Shown: positions 1 to 9,599 of the stretch, piece by piece | Layout of the letters: every line of letters starts with the position of its first letter | Position numbering within the stretch: position 1 is the first letter of the stretch | Assembly (NCBI GenBank): GCA_036155555.1 | Contig: JAYZVO010000125.1 | Location: forward strand, 1 to 32,057 | DNA from: Myxococcota bacterium | Lineage (GTDB): Bacteria; Myxococcota_A; Bradymonadia; Bradymonadales; Bradymonadaceae | Reading direction: 5' to 3' | Length of the DNA stretch: 32,057 nucleotides | Program-made: the position numbers and the translations under genes | The notes under the pieces: model-generated | Database searches by the model: none | The model's input: the letters and a program-made list of their open reading frames with translations, nothing else | What the model was told of the DNA's origin: nothing

Positions 1-140
1 GAGGTCACGCTCTCGCCGCTCTCTCTCCCGCTCTTTGGCGTGACTCTCGAACAAATTGGAGGTTCACGCGCGACAGACAGAAGAGAAGAAGAACAGCTCG
101 CGAGAAAGAATCACTGCAAAAAAACGAAGGTTCACGCATC
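1..140 (+). repeat. Three direct copies of an approximately 10-nt motif (G/A)AGGT(T)CACGC at about 1, 59 and 127, in a lower-GC non-coding leader upstream of the first lipoprotein gene
   Basis: Seen directly: 'gaggtcacgc' (1-10), 'ggaggttcacgcg' (58-70), 'gaaggttcacgcatc' (126-140). Spacing is about 60-70 bp. Region 1-430 has no convincing ORF and contains polypurine runs. Confidence 0.35.
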
Positions 141-507
141 TCAAGATAAGACGGGGGCATCAACGATGCCCCGAAGCCTCGAAAACCCTTGAAACCTTGG
201 CGTTTACTAAAATTTCTTACCTCCAGCGTCGATCCAACAACACAGGTGGGACGTAACGATCTAGACAGGCAATGCCTTCAACACAAACACACCGACACCC
301 CCCAATAAAAGATTGGATGTGTTTGTGTAGTGGTGGTGGAGATGGCTTGTAATTCTGGAGGGAACTTTCTAGGGTTTGCGAAAGTGTGTGATCACCACCA
401 ACATGTGGGGAAATATCATCTTCCTCCATACACATGCGACCTCATGCATCGTGCGGGGGGAGCATCACGGTCAAGACACAAACCCGAACACCCAAGAAAG
501 CAAGAAA

Positions 508-2185
508 GATGACCTACAACTCGTTTATGAAGTTTGGTGCGCTCAGCAGCGCAATTTTGTGTATGGCCATGTTCAGCGGCTGTGGAGAAGCTGAAGATCA
601 GTTTCTGACGCTGGACCAGGGTCTCCAGAAAGGGACCCCTGGCGCACAAAACGGAGACGGCAACTTCTGCAAAGGCGCCGAACTCTGCGCCGAGGGCGAA
701 GGTGACTGCGACCGCAACGATCAATGCGAAGCGGGGTTAATTTGTGGCCACAACATCGGCGATCGCTTCGGATTCCAGAGCGGCCTGGACGTGTGTGTGA
801 AATCACACTGCACTAACAACCGCGTGGATGGAGACGAGGTCGGGCTTGATTGCGGCGGCTCATGTGGGCAATGCCCGACGATGAACCCGTACCCGGTCGG
901 CCACCCGCTCTACTGCAAAAACCCGTCGTTCCCCTGCCAGACAGCCGAAGGACCATGTTACAACGACGGCCACTGCGACACGGGTCTTGTCTGTGGCGTG
1001 AACAAGGCAGGTTCTTATGGCGTGATGCCTCCCGAGATGAACGTTTGCGTTCTGGAGTCCTGCGACAACGACATCCTGGACAGCGGCGAGACAGGGCTCG
1101 ACTGCGGCGGCTCGTGCGGCACATGCGATCACAAGGTGATCCAAACAGCGCTTGGCGACAACCACACCTGTGCGTTGCGCGCCGACGGCACGGTGGCTTG
1201 TTGGGGCCGCAACAACGTGGGACAGCTCGGCGATGGGACGATCAGCACGCGCACTTCTCCGGTCGTGGTTCCTGGCCTGATGAATGTCCAGGAAATCGTC
1301 GCGGGCTCCTTGCACACCTGCGCGCGCCTCAAAGACTTCACGGTGCGTTGTTGGGGCAGCAACGGAAACGGGCAGCTCGGTGATGGCACCAAGACAACGA
1401 GACGTAGCCCGACGCCAGTCTCGGGCCTGGGCAGCGTGCTCTCGCTCACGGCGGGCGGCTATCACACCTGCGCGACCCGCGCCAATGGTACGGTCTCTTG
1501 TTGGGGTCGCAACAACTACGGGCAGCTCGGCGACGGGACCCAGACCGAGCGCACCTTGCCAACACGCGTCGTCGCCCTCGAAGGCTCGAAGGCCGTCGCT
1601 GCTGGCGCCAACCACACCTGTTCTCGCCTCGCGGACGGGACAGCGCGTTGTTGGGGACGAAATTATGGTGGACAGCTCGGCGACGACACGACCACGGACA
1701 GCCCGCTGCCTGTCGTTGTTGTGGGATTGACGGACATCAAACAGATGACCGCAGGTCTCGGCCACACGTGCGCGATTCAAAACAGCGGCGCCGCGTTCTG
1801 CTGGGGCTCGAACAACAACTCTCAGCTCGGCACGGGCACGAGCGGCATCCAGCGCGTCCCGACGGCGGTCTCAGGGTTGAGCAGCGGCGTCTCGCACATC
1901 GGCGCGGGCGCCAACCACACCTGCGCAGCCATCAACGATGGCACCGCGCGCTGTTGGGGGCTGAACACCAACGGTCAGGTGGGGGATGCCTCGAACACGA
2001 CGCGTGCGCTGCCAGTGACAGTGTCCGGTTTGAGCGGAGCAGTCAGGATCTCGGGCGGCGCGAGGCACACATGCGCTGCTCAATCGACAGGTGCCTCCAG
2101 TTGTTGGGGAGCAGGCAACTTCGGCCAGCTCGGCAACGGCGGAACGGCCAATAGCAACACCCCTGTCACCGTGACGTTCCCTTGA
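508..2185 (+). CDS. Secreted lipoprotein with two tandem Cys-rich modules followed by a 7-repeat RCC1-type beta-propeller
   Basis: Signal peptide plus lipobox (MKFGALSSAILCMAMFSGCGEAE). Two copies of a Cys-rich module end in ...DGDEVGLDCGGSCGQC and ...DSGETGLDCGGSCGTC. Seven repeats then follow of the type HTC..R.DGTv.CWGrNnyGQLGDGT, an RCC1 signature. Alternative start at 527. Confidence 0.8.
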
Positions 2186-2218
2186 GAAGAGGTCAGCCAG
2201 GCTGACCTCTTCTCAAGG
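2180..2218. repeat. Perfect 19-bp-arm inverted repeat (CCTTGAGAAGAGGTCAGCC-A-GGCTGACCTCTTCTCAAGG) overlapping the stop codon of the upstream gene, with no T-tract after it
   Basis: Read directly from the sequence. The stop TGA at 2183-2185 lies in the left arm. Confidence 0.8.
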
Positions 2219-2251
2219 AATGTCCTGGGCAGGCTCGCAAAATAAGGGTTC

Positions 2252-4297
2252 ATGATGAAGCATTCTCTCAAATCACTCCTCATACTCGGTTCGATGGTTT
2301 CATTGACCGCGTGTGGCGAAGCAGCCAACGAGTACTACGGCCCTGACGGTCAGATCCTACAGTCCTTGACCAAGGGGCAACCTGGCGCACAAGTAGGCGA
2401 CCTGGATTACTGCTACGATCCCAACAACCGTTGCGATGTTGGCGAAGGGAAATGCTCCAATCACAACCAGTGCCTGACTGGCCTTAAATGCGCCCTTCGT
2501 GGCGAGATTTACGGGCACCCAGGCTTGCGCGTGTGCCACCCGGCGCACTGCCTGAACTCGCGCCTGGATGCGGACAAAGGAGAGGTCGGCATCGACTGTG
2601 GCGGTGTATGTGGGGACTGTGAGTTCGCCGCGACCTGCTACAACGGGACCCAAGATCCTGGCGAGGAAGCCGTGGATTGTGGAGGCCCGGACTGCGATGC
2701 TTGCGAGACGATCGACCTCACGGTCAACTCTCCTAACCCTGACTCGGCCTACACTGGTCTCCCTCCCAGGGCTGCTGGGCGAGTGAACGCGGTGAGCATC
2801 GATCAGCGCGCCAACCGTACCGTGCAGTTCGAGATCGACGGGCAATCCGTCGGCTCGACGCAGAGCACCTCGAACGGCGCGTGGGAGTTCCGTCTCCCGG
2901 CGCGTCCTCCAGGCATCTACACGCTCCGCACGAGCGTGGACAATGGAGGCAACATCTCGGAGGACATCCGAGATTACCGCATCATCAACTCGACCAATCG
3001 CCCGGCATCGAGCCAACTCCAGCTTGGAGGAAAGTCGACGTCGATCTCGACGCGAGCGGCGACCATCGATCCTTCAAACCACTCGGTCATCGTCGGCGTG
3101 ACTTCGCTTGACTTCGTCTTCGGCTCGACCACGATCGAGCGAGGCAGCGCGGGAGGCATCGTCGCGTTCGTGGCGCGCGCGACGCCAGAAGGCGTGCCGC
3201 TGTGGGCGACGCGCGTCGCGGGCACAGGCTCGACAACGATCAACGCAGTCCGCACGCTCTCCAATGGAGAGATCGTGGTCCTGGGCGACTTCACCGGGAG
3301 CATCGACCTCGGCAGTGGCCCGGTCAACGCGGCAGGTTCACGCGATGCCTTTGTCGCCAAGTTCGACACGAACGGCCAGTTGGTCTGGGGCCGCGTGCTC
3401 TCGGCGACCGGCGCGACATCGATCCGAACGATCGCGATCACGGCACAGGATGAGATCATCGCCACTGGTAACTTCACCGGCACCGCCGACCTCGGAGGAA
3501 CGCTCACGCACCCCTCGGCGGGTGGGTTGGACATGTTCGTCACCAAGATCGACGCGAACGGCAATCACATCTGGGACCACACATTCGGCAGCTCGGGCCA
3601 GGATGTCGTCAACGACGTGAGCACCAACAATGATGGCGAGATTTACATCACGGGAGCTTACGCGAGCGCGATCTCGTTCGACGCCATCGACCTGGCAGGT
3701 CCGGGCACGAACAGCGCCTTCGTGACCAAGCTCTCGACCGTCGGGAAGGCGATCTGGGCCAAGGACATCGGCGGTGACGTGAACGATGCAGGCGGTCGCA
3801 TCGCGGTCGCACCCACTGGTGAAGTCGTGGTCACAGGGATCTTCAATGGCGATGTCGACTTTGGCGACGGCGTCTTCGTGACCACTGCCACGGACAACTT
3901 CGACATGTTTATGGCGCGCTTCTCGAGCGAGGGCGACCACGTCTGGAGCCGTCAAATCCAGGCTGTTCTTGGCGACAGCATTACGGGGTTGGGCGTCGGT
4001 CCATCCAACAACATCTACATCACAGGTCGCACCTTCGAGACGATCGACCTCGGTGATGGCCCACGCACGACGGCCAACCTCGTCGACGGGTTCCTCGCGA
4101 CCTACTCCCCGACAGGAGAGCTCGCCAGCGAGCGCTTCTTCGACGCGGGCCGCGAGGTCACGCCACGCTCACTCTATGTCAACGGGCTCAACGCTTACAT
4201 CGTCAGCGGAGATCTCATCGGCGAAGATGTGGACTTCGGGACAGGGTCGCTCCCCAACACGTCGCGACGCGCTGGCTTCTTCGCGCGTTATCAGTAA
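2252..4297 (+). CDS. Secreted lipoprotein: paralogous Cys-rich module, an Ig-like domain, and about 8 SBBP-like beta-propeller repeats
   Basis: Lipoprotein signal (LILGSMVSLTACGEA). The Cys-rich N-terminus is paralogous to the 508-2185 protein (..RCDVGEGKCSNHNQCLTGLKCA.., ..DKGEVGIDCGGVCGDC, ..EEAVDCGGPDCDAC). A Big/Ig-like stretch follows (VQFEIDGQSVG...NGAWEFRLPARPPGIYTLRTSVDNGGNIS). Repeats then follow of the type 'aG..dDafVaKfd.nG..vW...G..g.D.g..ia....geivvtG.f.G..DfG'. Confidence 0.75.
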   Translation: MMKHSLKSLLILGSMVSLTACGEAANEYYGPDGQILQSLTKGQPGAQVGDLDYCYDPNNRCDVGEGKCSNHNQCLTGLKCALRGEIYGHPGLRVCHPAHCLNSRLDADKGEVGIDCGGVCGDCEFAATCYNGTQDPGEEAVDCGGPDCDACETIDLTVNSPNPDSAYTGLPPRAAGRVNAVSIDQRANRTVQFEIDGQSVGSTQSTSNGAWEFRLPARPPGIYTLRTSVDNGGNISEDIRDYRIINSTNRPASSQLQLGGKSTSISTRAATIDPSNHSVIVGVTSLDFVFGSTTIERGSAGGIVAFVARATPEGVPLWATRVAGTGSTTINAVRTLSNGEIVVLGDFTGSIDLGSGPVNAAGSRDAFVAKFDTNGQLVWGRVLSATGATSIRTIAITAQDEIIATGNFTGTADLGGTLTHPSAGGLDMFVTKIDANGNHIWDHTFGSSGQDVVNDVSTNNDGEIYITGAYASAISFDAIDLAGPGTNSAFVTKLSTVGKAIWAKDIGGDVNDAGGRIAVAPTGEVVVTGIFNGDVDFGDGVFVTTATDNFDMFMARFSSEGDHVWSRQIQAVLGDSITGLGVGPSNNIYITGRTFETIDLGDGPRTTANLVDGFLATYSPTGELASERFFDAGREVTPRSLYVNGLNAYIVSGDLIGEDVDFGTGSLPNTSRRAGFFARYQ

Positions 4298-4437
4298 AGA
4301 ACGCCTGTCCAGGACGCCAGACTTGGCATCTTGCGACGTGGGGAGGAGTCAGCTATGTTCCTCGCCACATCGCCCTTACAAACGCTCGCGTCGCAAGGCG
4401 CGGGCGTTTTGTGATGACTCCGTAAGCCACACAGCGC

Positions 4438-5607
4438 ATGCCCAAGTCAGCCCTCTCAAACGCTTCGACGCACCCACCGCGCGCCGAAAGGCCGCTCAAG
4501 GTCCTCCATGTCCTCCCCTGGATCACCCACGGGGGTGTCGAGAAGCGACGGTTGGAGCTGATCCAGAAGCTCGACCCTGCTCGTTTCGAGCAGCGATTCT
4601 TGACCTCGCGCGCAGACGGAGCCGTCGCTGACGCGCTCGCCAGCGCGAACATCCCTGTCACAGTGATCGATGGGCCCTGGTCGATCCTCAACCTCGACGC
4701 GATCAACGCGGTGCAAAGCTACGCCGCTGAGTGGAAACCAGACATCATCCACGGCGCCGTCTTTGAAGGTTGCGTGATGGCCGCGCTCGGCGGTTATCTG
4801 GCAGGAGTGCCGCACCGAATCATCGAGGAGACCGCGGGATCGCCGCACCGTTCCTGGCGCGGAGACCTGCTACTCTCTGGCGTCGCCGCGATCGCCACGC
4901 ACTGCGTCGGGATCTCGCCATACACCGCACAGTTCCTACAGGATCGCTCGCAAGTCCCCGCGTCGAAGGTGAGCGTTATCGTCAATGGCACCCCCTTTCC
5001 CGAGGAGCTCGGCGAGGATGGCAAGCGCGCCTCGAGGGCGCGCTTCGGCATCCCCGAGGACGCGCTCGTGATCGGTTGCCTGGGGCGCATGTTCGATAGC
5101 ATCAAGCGATTCAGCGACTTGCTCGCAGCGATGACCATCCTCGAGCATCCCGAGCGACCGATTTATTTGCTGCTCGGAGGCGATGGTCCAGACCTCGAAA
5201 AACTTCGCGCGAAAGCGCGCGAACTCGGCGTCTCGGAGCGCGTGATCTTCGCGGGTTTTCATGGCGACGTCGCGCCGCTCTATGCCTGCATGGACATCTT
5301 CGCGCTGGCGTCGGTCTTTGAAGGGTTCGGGCTGGTGCTCGCGGAGGCGATGAGCGTCTCGCTCCCTGTGGTCGCCACGCGCGTGGGGGCGATCCCCTTC
5401 ATCGTCGAAGATGGCGCCAGCGGATTGCTCGTCCCGCACAGCTCCCCCAAAGCGCTCGCGGCATCGCTCCAACGCCTTATCGATGCCCCTGAACTACGCA
5501 TATCCCTGGGTCGAACAGGCCGAGAGAGGGCGCGCCGAGACTTCTCCTCCGAACGCTACGCTGGTGATGTGGAGCGCCTCTACACGGACCTCATGGCGGC
5601 GACGTGA
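4438..5607 (+). CDS. Glycosyltransferase, family 4 (GT-B fold)
   Basis: N-terminal 'KVLHVLPWITHGGVEKRRLELIQKLD'. C-terminal GT4 signature 'EGFGLVLAEAMSVSLPVVATRVGAIPFIVEDGASGLLV'. Confidence 0.8.
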   Translation: MPKSALSNASTHPPRAERPLKVLHVLPWITHGGVEKRRLELIQKLDPARFEQRFLTSRADGAVADALASANIPVTVIDGPWSILNLDAINAVQSYAAEWKPDIIHGAVFEGCVMAALGGYLAGVPHRIIEETAGSPHRSWRGDLLLSGVAAIATHCVGISPYTAQFLQDRSQVPASKVSVIVNGTPFPEELGEDGKRASRARFGIPEDALVIGCLGRMFDSIKRFSDLLAAMTILEHPERPIYLLLGGDGPDLEKLRAKARELGVSERVIFAGFHGDVAPLYACMDIFALASVFEGFGLVLAEAMSVSLPVVATRVGAIPFIVEDGASGLLVPHSSPKALAASLQRLIDAPELRISLGRTGRERARRDFSSERYAGDVERLYTDLMAAT

Positions 5608-6881
5608 GCGCCCCGAATGGATTGAAGAGAACGATGGATCGATCACGCACGTTGTTTGTCACCTGGGATGGCCCCGCGCAGAACTATATGGAGGCCCTCT
5701 TCTTCCCCATCTTCGAGCGCGCGTTGCGCGAGCAGATCGACATCGGCGTCCTCCAATTTACCTGGGCGAGCGAGGAGGTCCGCCAACGCATCGGCGCGTC
5801 GGCGGCCAAGCACGGCCTCGAGTACCGCGGCAGCGACGCGCTCCGGCGCCCTCGTCAATTAGCCGTCCCCGCCATGATCGCCTATGGCGCCGCGCGCGTG
5901 ATCGCCGAGGTCGACCGCGGCGACTGGGACACGCTCATGCCTCGCAGCATCATCCCCGCGTCGATGTGTTTGTTGGCGATGAAAGCCAGACCTCACCTGC
6001 GCCTCGTCTTTGACGCGGACGGGTTGATGGCGGACGAGCGCGTGGACTTCGCGGGATGGAGCCCCACGGGCGTACAATACCGCCTCTTTCGCGATTGGGA
6101 GGCGCAAGGCGTGCGACGCGCCAGCTCGGTGATCGTGCGCTCGGCGCATGCGAAGCGCATCCTCGCGAGCCGCGCAGGCGCGCACTGCGACCCAGATAAG
6201 ATCCATGTGATCCCCAACGCCAAGGACGACACGCTGTTCTCGCCGGGAGACGCAGCCTCTCGAGCAAAAACGCGAGAGGGGATGGGGATCGACGCCGAGG
6301 CGCCCTTACTGATTTATGCTGGCTCCCTCGGACCTCAGTATCACCCGCTCGGCATGCTCCAGCTCTTCGAGCGCGTGCACGCGCTCGATCCGCGCGCGCG
6401 CTTTCTCATCCTGAGCGGGATGCAAGAGGTCGCGAGAGAGCTGCTCCCGCGCATCGACAAGGCCGCGCGCGAGAATGTGATCATCCATCGCTGCGCCTCT
6501 CACGAGGTCGCGCCGCTGATGGCAGCAGCAGACCTCGGGCTCTCGTTGCGTCAACCGAGCTTCTCACAACAGGCGGTCTGCCCGATCAAGATCGCCGAGT
6601 ACCTGCTCTGCGGCCTCTCGGTGGTCATGCTCCGAGGCGTGGGCGATCTCGACGAACGCCTCGCGGACTCACCGGCGCTGCGCACGCTCGAGCAGGTCTC
6701 TCCAGAATCACTCGAGCAAGCCGCGCGCTGGTGCGTCGAAGACGTGATGCCAGCGCGCGCGGATATCCGCGAAGTCTCTCGTCAGGCAGGGCTCGACCAC
6801 TTTCGGCTCGATGACTGCGCGGACCAGTTGGCCGCGTTGCTCATGCCACCTCGCTCTCACACACCAAGGAAGACCTCATGA
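5604..6881 (+). CDS. Glycosyltransferase-like protein (GT-B fold, GT4-related); the start may be ATG 5634 instead of the GTG 5604 that overlaps the upstream stop
   Basis: 'LLIYAGSLGPQYHPLGMLQLFERV...RFLILSGMQE...CPIKIAEYLLCGLSVVM' resembles the GT4 C-terminal domain and E-x7-E region. The 4-nt overlap with the upstream stop (GTGA) suggests translational coupling. Confidence 0.6.
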   Translation: MSAPNGLKRTMDRSRTLFVTWDGPAQNYMEALFFPIFERALREQIDIGVLQFTWASEEVRQRIGASAAKHGLEYRGSDALRRPRQLAVPAMIAYGAARVIAEVDRGDWDTLMPRSIIPASMCLLAMKARPHLRLVFDADGLMADERVDFAGWSPTGVQYRLFRDWEAQGVRRASSVIVRSAHAKRILASRAGAHCDPDKIHVIPNAKDDTLFSPGDAASRAKTREGMGIDAEAPLLIYAGSLGPQYHPLGMLQLFERVHALDPRARFLILSGMQEVARELLPRIDKAARENVIIHRCASHEVAPLMAAADLGLSLRQPSFSQQAVCPIKIAEYLLCGLSVVMLRGVGDLDERLADSPALRTLEQVSPESLEQAARWCVEDVMPARADIREVSRQAGLDHFRLDDCADQLAALLMPPRSHTPRKTS

Positions 6882-7813
6882 AGAAAGTGCTCATCACCGG
6901 AGGCGCCGGATTTATCGGTTCGCACCTGTGCGACCGACTCGTCGAGCAAGGAGACGAGGTGATCGTCCTCGACAACCTCACCAGCGGGAACCTCGGCAAC
7001 CTGGCAGGAGTGATCGATCAGATCACCTTCATCGAGGATGACGTGACCCGTGTGCTCGATCACCGCGACGCGTTCGAGGGAGTGACACACATCGTCCACC
7101 TGGCCGCGCTGATCAGCGGTTATGACAGCCTGAACGAGCCGGATGATTACCTGGCGCAGAACGTGGGCGCCTTGCTCCGCGTGCTGGAGCTTGCCAGAGA
7201 TCTTGGTGGCGTGCGGATCTCCTTCGCGTCGAGCTCCACGGTGTATGGAAACAGCGTCGAGCCGATCAAGCTCGAGACGCAACGCCCCGAACCGATCACG
7301 ATGTACGCGCTGACCAAGCTCTCTGGCGAGCACCTGCTCGAGATGTATCGCCCGCTCTACAACTACAGCTACGTCGCGTTGCGATTCTTCAACGTCTACG
7401 GACCTCGCCAGAGCCCGAACCACCCCTACGCCAACGTGACCTGCAAGTTCTCGCAGGCCGCGGCGCTCGGCGCGGGGATCAAGCTCTTTGGCGATGGCCA
7501 GCAAACGCGCGATTTTGTCTACGTCGACGACGTGGTCAACTCTCTGCTGGTCACCATGGATGGCGCGCCGAGCAACCTCTACAACGTGGGCAATGGGGAA
7601 GATCACTCGATCTTGAAGCTCATCGACACGCTCGAGGGCATCGTCGAAAAACCCTTCGAGATCGAGCGCTGCGACCCTTGGCCAAACGACATCCGCAAGA
7701 TCATCGCGGACACCGAGCGCCTCACGAGCGAGACCTCATGGCGCGCGACGACCTCGCTTCGTGATGGGCTGGCGCGCACGGTCGAGTTCTTCCAGGCCGA
7801 GGAGCAGGCATGA
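6878..7813 (+). CDS. NAD-dependent sugar-nucleotide epimerase/dehydratase (extended SDR family)
   Basis: 'MKKVLITGGAGFIGSHLCDRLVEQGDEVIVLDNL' Rossmann motif. Catalytic 'YALTKLSGE' (YxxxK). ATGA overlap with the upstream stop. RBS AAGGAAG. Confidence 0.85.
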   Translation: MKKVLITGGAGFIGSHLCDRLVEQGDEVIVLDNLTSGNLGNLAGVIDQITFIEDDVTRVLDHRDAFEGVTHIVHLAALISGYDSLNEPDDYLAQNVGALLRVLELARDLGGVRISFASSSTVYGNSVEPIKLETQRPEPITMYALTKLSGEHLLEMYRPLYNYSYVALRFFNVYGPRQSPNHPYANVTCKFSQAAALGAGIKLFGDGQQTRDFVYVDDVVNSLLVTMDGAPSNLYNVGNGEDHSILKLIDTLEGIVEKPFEIERCDPWPNDIRKIIADTERLTSETSWRATTSLRDGLARTVEFFQAEEQA

Positions 7814-8757
7814 GCAACGTCGAGCGCGAGTATGGTGACGTGGCGTTGGTGATCGCGACCTTCAGGCAGGATGAGCCCGTGCTTCGCCTGCTCGAGGACG
7901 CGTTTGATGCAGATAACAAGCACCCCTTCGCCAAGATCGCGATCGTGGACTCGCTGGGCAGCGGGGCGATCGAGCGCGCGATCGAGGAGCGAGGCTGGGA
8001 GCGCGTCACCTATCACAACGCCGATCACAACCTCGGCTCGGCGGGCAACCTCGCCATGCGCCTCGAGCTCGCCGCACAAGATCCCGAGGTCAACTGGGCC
8101 TACGCGCTCAACCATGATGGCGAGCTGCAATGGGACGCGCTGTTGGCGCTCGTGAGCAGGGGGCGCGCGCAGTTGGCAAGGGGAACACGCGTCGGCGCAC
8201 TCTACCCGCTGCGCTACACGACGCATTTGCAAAAGTACAACCTCACAGGCCGCACCACGTTGCCGATCCCTTACGTGGGGACGAAGACAAAACCCACCGG
8301 CGACAGCTTCAGGGTTTATTGGGCGAGCTCCAACGGGGCGCTGTATGCGACCGAGCCAGTGCGAGAGGGGCTTGGCCCCTGGCCAGATTTGTGGATGGGC
8401 TGGGAGGATCTCGGCTACGGCTGGCAGCTCGACGCGCACGGCTGGCACCAGGAGGTGGTCTGCGACGCGATCTTCGAGGATGGCTACGAGTACACCGCGA
8501 AGGGAAGCGGCGCGGCCAAGGTGCAGATCACGGACAAGCCGACCTGGTATGCTTATTACCAACTTCGTAACCTGATGCTCGTCGCGAAACGCAACGAGCG
8601 AGGACCGCTGACCTGGAGCGTGATCGCAGGACGCGTCGCGCTCGAGTTTGGCCTGAGCCTGACCTTGCGTCCCGATCGCGCGCGGCGTATACCCTTCCTT
8701 CTCAATGGGATAGCGGATGGGTTGAGCGAGCAAAGCGGCAAGTGGCTCTACCCTTAA
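7810..8757 (+). CDS. Putative GT-A fold (GT2-like) glycosyltransferase
   Basis: 'VALVIATFRQDEPVL...IAIVDSLGSG...YHNADHNLGSAGNLAMRLE...ALNHDGE...WMGWEDLGYGW' resembles rhamnosyl/galactofuranosyl-transferase GT2 motifs. ATGA overlap with the epimerase gene. Confidence 0.45.
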   Translation: MSNVEREYGDVALVIATFRQDEPVLRLLEDAFDADNKHPFAKIAIVDSLGSGAIERAIEERGWERVTYHNADHNLGSAGNLAMRLELAAQDPEVNWAYALNHDGELQWDALLALVSRGRAQLARGTRVGALYPLRYTTHLQKYNLTGRTTLPIPYVGTKTKPTGDSFRVYWASSNGALYATEPVREGLGPWPDLWMGWEDLGYGWQLDAHGWHQEVVCDAIFEDGYEYTAKGSGAAKVQITDKPTWYAYYQLRNLMLVAKRNERGPLTWSVIAGRVALEFGLSLTLRPDRARRIPFLLNGIADGLSEQSGKWLYP

Positions 8758-8783
8758 CACCTTATAAAAGGAGGGCTTGCACG

Positions 8784-9551
8784 ATGGGCCAAAAATCACA
8801 CTCGAGCAATCCGGCAAGCGTCCATCACTGGCGCGATGTCAGCCACAACCCTAACGACCGGCGAGTGCGCACTTACCTGCGAGACTACTTGCGCGAGCGT
8901 TATCAGGGTCGCATCCCCTCGACGCATGATTTCCTCAAGGACTTCGTGCGTGATTGCACCGCGCTCGACATCGGCGTGGTGGCGCACGAGATCGAGCGCA
9001 CGAAGTCGCCGCTCTGGAAGCACAACATGGTCCGCAGCACCGCGACTCATGCGGTGGGCGTCGACATCATCGAGGACGCCGTCGCCGCGCTCGTCGAGCG
9101 CGGCTTCGACATCCGCTGCGTGGACGCCACGAGCGACGTCGATCTTGGCGAGCGCTTCGAGCGCGTGGTGATCGGCGATGTGATCGAGCACGTGAACAAC
9201 CCGGTCAAACTGCTCCAGTTCGCCAAGCGCCACCTCACACCTGATGGGCGCATCCTTTGCACGACGCCCAACCCCTTCTTCATCGCCACGCTCGTCAGCT
9301 CCGTGCGTGAAGGGGTCTTTATCCCGAACGCCGAACACGTCGCCTGGATCTCTCCGACGATGGCCATCGAGATCGCCCACCGCGCAGGTCTGGAGCTCGA
9401 CGCATACTGGCATACGCAAGGGGACGGCAAGACGTTCAAGCGCAAGCTCGCGGTGAAGATGCTCGAGCTCGGGAACCTCCGTGAGAGCGAGCTCTTCTCG
9501 GGGAGCTTCTACTATGTCTTCAAGCTCTCCAGCGATAGCGAACGAGACTGA
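8784..9551 (+). CDS. Class I SAM-dependent methyltransferase
   Basis: RBS AAAGGAGGG 8 nt before ATG 8784. Motif I region '...CTALDIGVVAHEIERTKSP...'. '...VVIGDVIEHVNNPVKLLQFAKRHLTPDGRILCTTPNP' is typical of Methyltransf_11/23-type post-motif II/III. Confidence 0.7.
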   Translation: MGQKSHSSNPASVHHWRDVSHNPNDRRVRTYLRDYLRERYQGRIPSTHDFLKDFVRDCTALDIGVVAHEIERTKSPLWKHNMVRSTATHAVGVDIIEDAVAALVERGFDIRCVDATSDVDLGERFERVVIGDVIEHVNNPVKLLQFAKRHLTPDGRILCTTPNPFFIATLVSSVREGVFIPNAEHVAWISPTMAIEIAHRAGLELDAYWHTQGDGKTFKRKLAVKMLELGNLRESELFSGSFYYVFKLSSDSERD

Positions 9552-9599
9552 TTCGGCCATTGCGCCGAACAACCTTCGCTCGCATCAGGAGAAGCGCGC

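Noticed and set aside
860-1780. 306-aa minus-strand ORF inside the RCC1 lipoprotein gene
   Set aside because: Antisense to a gene with clear repeats and motifs. The translation is Arg/Ala-rich and featureless, a typical high-GC antisense artefact.
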